From IMG/VR virus record IMGVR_UViG_2740892230_000013: a stretch of DNA of 11,897 bases; one strand, 5' to 3'. Numbering within the stretch: position 1 is the first letter of the stretch; each line of letters opens with the position of its first letter. Source of the stretch: a virus (lineage: Duplodnaviria; Heunggongvirae; Uroviricota; Caudoviricetes). The translations under genes and the position numbers were made by a program. Positions 1 to 6,265 of this stretch are shown here, piece after piece. A model generated the notes under the pieces. That model had not been told where the DNA came from, made no database searches, and was given only the letters and a program-made list of their open reading frames with translations.

Positions 1-106
1 AACTATCAACCACCATTTATAAATCATAACCTTATGATTTTATTAACTTTGAAAATGGCTCTATACAACGCCATTTGAATCTATTGTCACTTTTTATCGC
101 CACTTT

Positions 107-1108
107 TTACCCTCTATTGTCAAAAGGGTTCAATTCAACAGCAGCCTCTAAATGACCTGGAGCAAAATGCGCATAACGCATAGTCATTTTTATATCGCTA
201 TGCCCCAGTATTTTTTGCAACACAAGAATATTTCCGCCCCGCATCATAAAATGACTGGCAAACGTGTGACGTAGCACATGAGTTAATTGCCCATCAGGAA
301 GCTCGATCTTCGCTCTCTTAATTGCAGCGTCAAAAGCCTCATAACATGGTGAAAATAGCGCTCCTCGTTTTTTAGGAAGTATAGCCTGCAATTGAGGTGA
401 AATCGGTACAGTGCGGTTCTTCTTTCCTTTAGTTTTAACAAATGTGATTCGACCGGGCAGTACTTGAGATTGCTTTAATCCTTCTGCTTCACTCCACCGA
501 GCACCCGTCGCAAGCCCAATACGGACAACAACCCCCAAATCTTTATTCCGTGACTCATCACACGCAATCAGAAGGCGTTCAATCTCATCTACATACAGAA
601 ACGCCAGTTCCTTTTCTTCCTCACGAAACTTGCGAATACCAGTCAGGGGGTTTTCACCAGACCACTCCCCAAGGCGCTTCAGTTCGGCAAAAACAGCATG
701 TAGATATGACTGCTCGCGATTAACGGTTGCTTCACTAAGTTTTTTCTTCCCCTTGGGATTCCATTCTCCTGATAGCCTTCTTTCCCGATAAGTAGCAAAC
801 ATATTTTTGTCAAACTGAGAAGCAAATGGATCTCCCAGCCTGGAACAAATCGCCTCAAGTTTGACTTTGCGCTCTGCACCAGAGGACAAGGTTTTACCGT
901 ACATCTCAAACCAACGAGCAATCAACTCAGAAAGACGAGGACCAGAACCATCTTGAAACTCGTCTCCAACTCTACTATTCATTATACGGCGCTCATAAGA
1001 GAGCGCCTCACTTTTTGTCGCAAACTGTTTACGAATGCGTTTTCCCGATGCCCCGTAGGGATAACATTCGCAAAGCCATTTACCTGATGTAATCTTACGA
1101 ACCGACAT
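107..1108 (-). CDS. int: Tyrosine recombinase / phage integrase (P2-type)
   Basis: 333-aa ORF. C-terminal catalytic region carries tyrosine-recombinase hallmarks (GARWSEA..., HVLRHTFASHF, LGHSDIKMTMRYAHF: conserved R, H-x-x-R and nucleophile Y). N-terminal 'GKRIRKQF.TKSEA' and the overall layout resemble P2-family integrases as recalled from memory; no search run. Confidence 0.9.
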   Translation of the reverse strand: MSVRKITSGKWLCECYPYGASGKRIRKQFATKSEALSYERRIMNSRVGDEFQDGSGPRLSELIARWFEMYGKTLSSGAERKVKLEAICSRLGDPFASQFDKNMFATYRERRLSGEWNPKGKKKLSEATVNREQSYLHAVFAELKRLGEWSGENPLTGIRKFREEEKELAFLYVDEIERLLIACDESRNKDLGVVVRIGLATGARWSEAEGLKQSQVLPGRITFVKTKGKKNRTVPISPQLQAILPKKRGALFSPCYEAFDAAIKRAKIELPDGQLTHVLRHTFASHFMMRGGNILVLQKILGHSDIKMTMRYAHFAPGHLEAAVELNPFDNRG

Positions 1109-1113
1109 TTTAG

Positions 1114-1461
1114 TTACTTATCACATAAATCAAATGCAGCCTTAGTGACATCCCCCAGAGTCTTTTTTAACCCTGGGGCGGCATCATTATCTAGCCAAAA
1201 TGGATTATTGTTATCTAACGGTAACGCACCAAATGTTTTACCTTTTATTCGAGCCAAACCTGTAAGTGCATATAACTTATTATCGTCAAAATTCATCACA
1301 TAAGGATTACCATCAAGACACTGTAATTGAACCTCATCAGTATTAAATGGCCATACCCCATTGAAACTCTCACGTTCAATAGTTTTAAAAGGCATTGCGA
1401 CGGCGGAAAAAGAAAACATAGATAAAAAAGTAACTAATAGTTGAACCTTTTTTACTTTCAT
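1114..1461 (-). CDS. Hypothetical secreted (periplasmic) protein with Sec signal peptide
   Basis: 115-aa ORF with a typical signal peptide (MKVKKVQLLVTFLSMFSFSAVA|MP, A-x-A cleavage site, no lipobox Cys). GAGGT RBS about 6 nt upstream. Stop lies 5 bp from the int start, so it is co-transcribed with int. Confidence 0.6.
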   Translation of the reverse strand: MKVKKVQLLVTFLSMFSFSAVAMPFKTIERESFNGVWPFNTDEVQLQCLDGNPYVMNFDDNKLYALTGLARIKGKTFGALPLDNNNPFWLDNDAAPGLKKTLGDVTKAAFDLCDK

Positions 1462-1490
1462 ATCATTACCTCAATTTAGCTCAAGTAAGA

Positions 1491-2141
1491 TTACAAATTA
1501 AAAAACGCCCTAGAAATGACACCGCCTACCAAAACCCCTACGCAGATAAAGAATATTATTTCTTTTGGATAAAGTCGGATTAATTCTGAAGCACGAAGTC
1601 GGACTTCTGGTAAGGTCGAACTCTCTGTGTGGCTTGATGCCGATTGTTGCTCTAACCACGACAATGCAGACTGTAACTGAGAACGAGTAAGATCGTTTAA
1701 ACGTCCTGTACCGAAATTGATATGGCAATACCGCAGAAGTTTTTGTCGAAGTCCACAGTCTTCACTGTTACGTAGTAATAAACTTACAAGAGCCTTACAG
1801 GCATCATGATCTTTACATCGCTCAAGCATTGCATGCAGAAAACTCTCCGCTGTTTTATATTGATTTACTGTCATATCATCAATACCAGCTACACCAATCT
1901 CCGCATGTACTTTTTGCCAAATAATAAACGCTTCAGTATTGCTAGCTTCTGCAATAGCAGCAACCAAGCTATTTAGCTCCTTACGCTGAGCCTTAAGCAA
2001 AGGGCGATCGTCATCATCATTATTCGAAGGGATTGCGATATTGACGGTCTGAGAACCATCATATCGCTCTATCTGAATATTCTTTTCGTGAAAATCACGC
2101 CCAGCAACGCGATTGTTTGAACCGTTTGAGTTGACGGCCAT
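1491..2141 (-). CDS. Hypothetical tail-anchored membrane protein (soluble N-terminal domain, single C-terminal TM helix)
   Basis: 216-aa ORF with a GGAGG RBS 5 nt upstream of the ATG. C-terminal hydrophobic segment IIFFICVGVLVGGVI. N-terminus carries GSNNRVAGRDF, which matches a motif at the C-terminus of the upstream HTH protein. Sits in the same operon as the repressor and int. Confidence 0.65.
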   Translation of the reverse strand: MAVNSNGSNNRVAGRDFHEKNIQIERYDGSQTVNIAIPSNNDDDDRPLLKAQRKELNSLVAAIAEASNTEAFIIWQKVHAEIGVAGIDDMTVNQYKTAESFLHAMLERCKDHDACKALVSLLLRNSEDCGLRQKLLRYCHINFGTGRLNDLTRSQLQSALSWLEQQSASSHTESSTLPEVRLRASELIRLYPKEIIFFICVGVLVGGVISRAFFNL

Positions 2142-2156
2142 GTCACCTCCCTACTA

Positions 2157-2561
2157 TCACCTACCCTTAGTTTCGTTATAGTCACGACCAGCGATACGGT
2201 TATTACCACCAGAAATATTTAACTCACGTCCTGATGGCTGAGTTTCCTTTTCACTGATCGCACCTTTTAAAGCCCCAATCACCGCATTTTTCACATCTAA
2301 CGAAGCTGCTCGAAAGCGAGTAATCAACTCCTGCTCATCATCGTTATAAGTTTCAGGTGAGTGAATTCCCAACACAACATACTGAACATCAAGGCCAAAA
2401 CGAGACAGCGCTGCCAAATACGCAGCATCAGGAAAGCTATCTCCTTTCTCATATCTAAGCTGAGTTAGCTTTTTGACTCCACCAATGTCGCTCATGGCAA
2501 CTTGACTAAGTCCCAATCTTTCCCTTTCCTCACGCAACCGCTGACCAATATCATTTTTCAT
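2157..2561 (-). CDS. HTH XRE-family transcriptional regulator, probable prophage immunity repressor (C/CI analogue)
   Basis: 134-aa ORF. N-terminal helix-turn-helix of the Cro/CI (XRE) type (QRLREERERLGLSQVAMSDIGGVKKLTQLRYEKG). Divergently oriented to the rightward early operon across a 75-bp operator-like region. Followed in the same orientation by int. Confidence 0.8.
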   Translation of the reverse strand: MKNDIGQRLREERERLGLSQVAMSDIGGVKKLTQLRYEKGDSFPDAAYLAALSRFGLDVQYVVLGIHSPETYNDDEQELITRFRAASLDVKNAVIGALKGAISEKETQPSGRELNISGGNNRIAGRDYNETKGR

Positions 2562-2636
2562 ACAAAAACCTTGACAGGTATCTTTTTTGATACCAAAATG
2601 ATTTCACGAGCTATTAGATGATCACAATATACCACT
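2562..2636. promoter_or_regulatory. Divergent promoter/operator region between the repressor and the early operon
   Basis: 75-bp intergenic region between divergent genes. TTGACA at 2571-2576 with a weak -10 candidate 17 bp downstream. Perfect palindrome GGTATC-N6-GATACC at 2577-2594 overlaps the promoter spacer. TGATCA palindrome at 2619-2624. Confidence 0.5.
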
Positions 2637-2843
2637 ATGAAACAAGTTCTTCACGATACCAGATCACGCATTCCGCGTAACACCGCCACAGGTCCAAGAC
2701 TGGCACTTCGGCTGTCCCTCGAGGAGCGAGCCGTCATTGATGAAATGGCAGCTAAAGAACAACGCTCATCCTCTAACATGGCGCGTATGATCTTCCTTCG
2801 CGGCCTAGAGCTAACCCAGAAAGAACAAAACAAATCTTCCTGA
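2637..2843 (+). CDS. Putative ribbon-helix-helix (Arc/MetJ/CopG-like) DNA-binding protein
   Basis: 68-aa ORF, first gene of the rightward operon. Segment LALRLSLEERAVIDEMAAKEQRSSSNMARMIFLRGLE fits the RHH beta-strand/helix/helix pattern. Weak RBS, so the start is uncertain. Confidence 0.5.
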   Translation: MKQVLHDTRSRIPRNTATGPRLALRLSLEERAVIDEMAAKEQRSSSNMARMIFLRGLELTQKEQNKSS

Positions 2844-2859
2844 TCAGGAGGCTAGTGGG

Positions 2860-3063
2860 ATGTCAGGTATAACCATCAATATCAATGTGAATGCCCCCTA
2901 TGTATCCCTGCAGAAATATGCAGAGATAACAGGTATCCCTCTTAATACATGCAAAAAGATGTTGGCTGACGGTCGAATTATTATCCGACCCAAACGCGCC
3001 AAAATGGAAAAGCCTGAAGTAAACCTTGTGGCGATGTTAAAAGACGCTTTGGCTAACAGCTAA
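2860..3063 (+). CDS. Cox/Apl-like small HTH protein (excisionase / early-operon regulator)
   Basis: 67-aa ORF with an AGGAGG RBS about 8 nt upstream. HTH segment YVSLQKYAEITGIPLNTCKKMLADGRI resembles the P2 Cox / AlpA-type excisionase fold as recalled from memory. Position is right of the repressor, as in P2 and 186. Confidence 0.65.
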   Translation: MSGITININVNAPYVSLQKYAEITGIPLNTCKKMLADGRIIIRPKRAKMEKPEVNLVAMLKDALANS

Positions 3064-3084
3064 AACAATGAACAGAGCACCATC

Positions 3085-3435
3085 ATGAAAAAAAACGCTA
3101 ATAATCCATACTCCAAATTTCGTAATGGCGTAGAACGCCATGTACACCACGTCGCTACCAGTGCATCACGTAGTAACAGTCGCTATAACCTGAACGAGAC
3201 GCACGCAACACCGGATGGCCACGCTGTAAAACAAATCGGCGAGCATGCCTGGCTGATTGAGAAAGCTGGAATCGTGGTCCACAAATGCCCACGCAATCCG
3301 TTTACTGGAAACCGCATTTTTGCTCTAAGCAGCGGCGACAATCAGTTCGGGCAGGATTTCACATTATACGAAGCACTACGCACGGTTGATCGTCTGCTTC
3401 GCGGACAAAGTTTTATTAAACAGGCTGATTTATAA
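3085..3435 (+). CDS. Hypothetical protein
   Basis: 116-aa ORF in the early operon with no recognisable motif. Coding-like composition. Weak RBS. Confidence 0.5.
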   Translation: MKKNANNPYSKFRNGVERHVHHVATSASRSNSRYNLNETHATPDGHAVKQIGEHAWLIEKAGIVVHKCPRNPFTGNRIFALSSGDNQFGQDFTLYEALRTVDRLLRGQSFIKQADL

Positions 3436-3445
3436 CAGGTGCTTT

Positions 3446-3722
3446 ATGACCAAAGAGCATGCACAAGGTGTATTTATCCGTTTTATTGATTTTCGCGGTG
3501 AACTGTTATTACGCGCATCAGCCATTGACGTAGTTGTTCCATCCGAAAAAAACGCAGCTACTTACGTTTATCTGAACGGTACGCGCCTGACTGTGGAGCT
3601 TCCGTACCAGACCGTACGAGAAATCATTAGCGAAGCTGAAAAGGCACGTCAGGTTAATGGCGATGAACCCTATATCGAAATTATTTGTATGGATTCAGAA
3701 GCTGAAATTCAGAAAGCAGATT
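3446..3722 (+). CDS. Hypothetical protein (92 aa; 3' end and stop lost to the N-gap at 3723-3732, with a second diverged partial copy at 3733-3946)
   Basis: ATG at 3446 with an AGGTG RBS 5 nt upstream. The post-gap segment re-encodes residues from about AID... to ...EIQKAD followed by TAA at 3944-3946, with a few substitutions. This is a variant copy, not a fused 186-aa protein. Confidence 0.55.
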
Positions 3723-3957
3723 NNNNNNNNNNCGCTATTGATGGAGTGGCTCCGGCGGGTAAAAACGGAGCCGACGAAGCCACTTACGTTTATCTGAACG
3801 GCACGCGACTGCTTGTGGAACTTCCGTACCAGACCGTACGAGAAATCATTAGCAAAGCTGAAAAAGCGCGCCAGGCTAATGGCAATGAACCCTATATCGA
3901 AATTATTTGCATGGATTCAGAAGCTGAAATTCAGAAAGCAGATTAAAGGGCGTTGTG

Positions 3958-4200
3958 ATGGGCAAAGAATATAAAACTCTCATTAACAAAGCACTTGAGC
4001 GTTTTTATTTTCGCTTAAGTGCATCAGGCGCTCATGCTGAACGTGCGGCCCGTGACTCATTGACCAGAGCAATCCGAAGTCTGTATGACGTGGCTTTTTA
4101 CGCTGATGATCTGGATGCACTTAACGAACTTTCCGAGCTGATCTATGCCGCAGAATGCGGGGAACATATTGAACCGTATAAGCTGGGAAATATCGCATGA
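3958..4200 (+). CDS. Hypothetical protein
   Basis: 80-aa ORF. ATG at 3958 with an AAGGG RBS about 8 nt upstream; the track's 3955 start is a GTG one codon earlier. Stop overlaps the next start in an ATGA arrangement. Confidence 0.55.
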   Translation: MGKEYKTLINKALERFYFRLSASGAHAERAARDSLTRAIRSLYDVAFYADDLDALNELSELIYAAECGEHIEPYKLGNIA

Positions 4201-4310
4201 GTATATTTATCTCATGGCTTGTTCTGATTATTTCTGTGGTCTGCGCCATTGGGATTATGCGAATTATTCATTCAGTAAAAAAGATTGAACGCTTTTTCAC
4301 TGGCGAATAA
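4197..4310 (+). CDS. Putative small membrane peptide (37 aa)
   Basis: Below the ORF-track size threshold. ATG at 4197 overlaps the upstream stop (ATGA), which implies translational coupling. Product MSIFISWLVLIISVVCAIGIMRIIHSVKKIERFFTGE is a single hydrophobic helix with a basic tail. Confidence 0.4.
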   Translation: MSIFISWLVLIISVVCAIGIMRIIHSVKKIERFFTGE

Positions 4311-4403
4311 CAGAGAAAAATAAAACCACAGGTTAAATAAGAAAATGTAAAAACAATCCGCATTCGCGGAGGTATTCGCATACGCCAAGGAGGCGTAATA
4401 GCA

Positions 4404-4601
4404 ATTAAGCATTTTCCTGTCGTTCGTTTTACCTCCAGAGGACGTGAATACGAAGTCGACGAACGCCTGATTACCACAATCGACAAACACCGTTCAGAAA
4501 AGGATGCACATCACATCTATCTCACTGACGGCACTAACTTCTGCGCCACGAATGTGGTGCAGGTGAACCTTATCCGACAGGTACAGGAGTCACGCAGATG
4601 A
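4404..4601 (+). CDS. Putative small protein with a non-canonical (AUU?) start; boundaries uncertain
   Basis: Open frame from 4341 to a TGA at 4599-4601 that overlaps the next gene's ATG. No in-frame ATG/GTG/TTG upstream of codon 4554. AAGGAGG at 4387-4393 lies 10 nt before an ATT at 4404. In the diverged duplicate after the N-gap (4620-4712), 6 of 7 nucleotide differences are synonymous in this frame, while the overlapping frame has a stop in one copy. Confidence 0.4.
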   Translation: MKHFPVVRFTSRGREYEVDERLITTIDKHRSEKDAHHIYLTDGTNFCATNVVQVNLIRQVQESRR

Positions 4602-4708
4602 CCATTCTGNNNNNNNNNNTATCACATCTATCTCACTGACGGCACTTACTTTTGCGCCACCAACGTGGTGCAGGTAAATCTTATCAGACAGGTACAGGAG
4701 TCACGCAG

Positions 4709-4954
4709 ATGACCATTCTGGACTACATCGCTGCCAATCCGGGTTGTAGCGGTGGAGAAATCGCCGCAGCACTGAATACACCAACCACAACCATTAATGC
4801 GGAGCTACGCCGTCTCTGGCGCAGCGGTTCAGTCATAAGAAAAGAGCGCAAAACAGGCGGTCGCTTTTCTTACCAGATAAACCCGATGCCGTTCGGGTGC
4901 GGCAATCCACTTACCAACATGTTTAACCAGCTACTGAAGGAAGCCAGAGCATGA
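4709..4954 (+). CDS. Putative winged-helix DNA-binding protein
   Basis: 81-aa ORF. ATG at 4709 with an AGGAG RBS 8 nt upstream. The track's TTG-initiated N-terminal extension is rejected because the upstream frame carries a stop in the pre-gap allele. Product MTILDYIAANPGCSGGEIAAALNTPTTTINAELRRLWRSGSVIRKERKTGGRFSYQINP has a wHTH-like pattern. Confidence 0.6.
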   Translation: MTILDYIAANPGCSGGEIAAALNTPTTTINAELRRLWRSGSVIRKERKTGGRFSYQINPMPFGCGNPLTNMFNQLLKEARA

Positions 4955-5250
4955 GCGCCATCAACCACCAGGAATTACGCGAACTGGCAACTGACCTTCA
5001 ACGAATGGCAACGCATCAAAAATTACTGGCGTTTCGCGCAATGCTCTCGCCGTCTGCTGTGCTGGCACTGCTGGATGAGCTGGAGCACGCCAGAACCACG
5101 GCTCCTGCCATTCGCCTGACACTCCATCATGAAATCGCTGATTTCTGCGCGACGTTGGAGGCACCCGGCGAACCGGAAACGCCGGAAGCAATACAGCAAG
5201 AGCTGCTGCAACGCATTGACAAGGTTTTTGATTTTTTTCTGAACCAGTAA
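4951..5250 (+). CDS. Hypothetical protein (N-terminus faintly Ea22/ead-like)
   Basis: 99-aa ORF. ATGA start/stop overlap with the upstream gene. GAAGGAAG RBS. Acidic, helical composition. Confidence 0.55.
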   Translation: MSAINHQELRELATDLQRMATHQKLLAFRAMLSPSAVLALLDELEHARTTAPAIRLTLHHEIADFCATLEAPGEPETPEAIQQELLQRIDKVFDFFLNQ

Positions 5251-5373
5251 GAAACCAGAACATGCACACACAAAAAAACCGCTTGCCATGCCGCAATCAG
5301 TCAGGTTACATTTCCGCTGCACCTCACAAAACGGGTGCCGGGTTTCGCAGCCTGCTGACTACACAAGCGCACA

Positions 5374-5393
5374 ACCGCGCCAGCGGTTTTTTT
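5374..5393 (+). terminator. Short intrinsic-terminator-like hairpin (ACCGC-GCCA-GCGGT followed by a 7-T run)
   Basis: 5-bp GC-rich stem, 4-nt loop and a T7 tract on the + strand, inside an ORF-poor stretch between the early small genes and the replication genes. Confidence 0.35.
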
Positions 5394-5448
5394 GTGCGTA
5401 CTGTATTGCCACGTTTTTTTCGCGTCAGAATTATGGCGGGGCGTACGG

Positions 5449-5467
5449 GGCCGACTTCGGTCGGGCC
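5449..5467 (+). other. Stable stem-loop with a UUCG tetraloop (GGCCGAC-TTCG-GTCGGGCC)
   Basis: Direct inspection: CCGAC/GTCGG stem closing a TTCG loop, extended by flanking G/C pairs. Lies in a region without a credible ORF. Confidence 0.35.
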
Positions 5468-5572
5468 GGGTTCTTGTGTAGCCGGTACTGCGAACCTCGT
5501 ACGTCTCGCCACCCACAGTTTCGCAGCTCTGGATGGTGAGTTTTCACAACTTACTACACAAGGGGCCACACC

Positions 5573-5803
5573 ATGGCAAACCGCAAACCACACCGCGCTA
5601 TCGCGGAGCGTCGTCACATCCAGACTGAAATCAACCGCAGACTTTCCCGCGCATCACGCGTCGCGCAAATCATGCACATCAATATGCTGCATGAGCACAG
5701 CCACGCACTATCAAACATTTATTCCGCCTCTGTTTTCAGCTATCTGGCGGATGATCTGCACGAGCTTCAACAGCTCATCCAGCAGCAAAACAAACTCCAT
5801 TAA
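5573..5803 (+). CDS. Putative small basic protein
   Basis: 76-aa ORF. ATG preceded by AAGGGG about 7 nt upstream. Codon usage looks host-like. Basic N-terminus, Q-rich C-terminus. No recognisable family. Confidence 0.4.
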   Translation: MANRKPHRAIAERRHIQTEINRRLSRASRVAQIMHINMLHEHSHALSNIYSASVFSYLADDLHELQQLIQQQNKLH

Positions 5804-5875
5804 TTCCTGTTCCGGGCCTTTCCTGCACCTTGCGGCGGGAGGCCTTCGCACATCTGTAGTAAAGAGAATTGCAGC

Positions 5876-6265
5876 ATGATTGACCGTCACGACTTCGTAA
5901 AATGGGTGCGCACACAGGACACCCGTCTGGCCCCAAAACTTCAGGCAATGTTTGATTTTTATCTCCGTGCCCGCGCCAGCCGGGCACGCACCACAAAACC
6001 GGAGAACGCAGACACCCTTTATTTCACCGTGGACGACTGTTACCGCGTAGCCTTCACGCCACAAGGTCTGGCCCTGTACACCCTGACACCACACGGCGAC
6101 TCCCTGCTGGCGTATTACAACTCCCCGGCCTCCGTATTTGCGGCAATGCTGGCGCATCGTACCGCTGGCGGGTGTGCCTCGCTGAGTGAATACACCACTG
6201 AATTTAACCGCCTTTCCGTCATCTTCTCGCAGGAGTGGCAGCGCGTGACGGGATACCAGCCATGA
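5876..6265 (+). CDS. Hypothetical protein translationally coupled to the replication initiator
   Basis: 129-aa ORF. Its TGA at 6263-6265 overlaps the ATG (6262) of the downstream gene A-like ORF. Confidence 0.6.
   Translation: MIDRHDFVKWVRTQDTRLAPKLQAMFDFYLRARASRARTTKPENADTLYFTVDDCYRVAFTPQGLALYTLTPHGDSLLAYYNSPASVFAAMLAHRTAGGCASLSEYTTEFNRLSVIFSQEWQRVTGYQP

Noticed and set aside
1-106. Possible tRNA gene 3' end or att core next to int
   Set aside because: No cloverleaf-compatible sequence or recognisable att core in the 106 bp available. It cannot be assessed without flanking sequence.
679-921. 80-aa minus-strand ORF inside int, and the 72-aa ORF at 1510-1728 inside the membrane-protein gene
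   Set aside because: Alternative-frame ORFs nested within stronger, motif-supported genes.
3386-3946. 186-aa ORF spanning the N-gap at 3723-3732, and the 100-aa ORF at 4652-4954 with a TTG start
   Set aside because: The first fuses two allelic copies of a roughly 92-aa gene across a gap, and its first 20 codons overlap the preceding gene. The second extends upstream of the real RBS-supported ATG (4709) through a frame that has a stop in the other allele.
4268-4490. Two overlapping 72-aa minus-strand ORFs
   Set aside because: They overlap each other and the + strand frame that shows synonymous-biased conservation. Translations look non-protein-like.
5262-5879. 205-aa + strand ORF and several overlapping ORFs on both strands (5288-5539, 5301-5516, 5324-5617)
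   Set aside because: Translations are low-complexity and R/S/T/P-rich. The frames overlap each other on both strands in a region with hairpins and T-tracts. More consistent with non-coding structured DNA or RNA. Only the 5573-5803 frame, which has an RBS, was kept at low confidence.
6235-6261. GTG start at 6235 for gene A (ORF-track start)
   Set aside because: The ATG at 6262 overlaps the upstream stop in an ATGA coupling arrangement, and the GTG sits inside its own putative Shine-Dalgarno sequence. ATG 6262 is preferred, though not proven.
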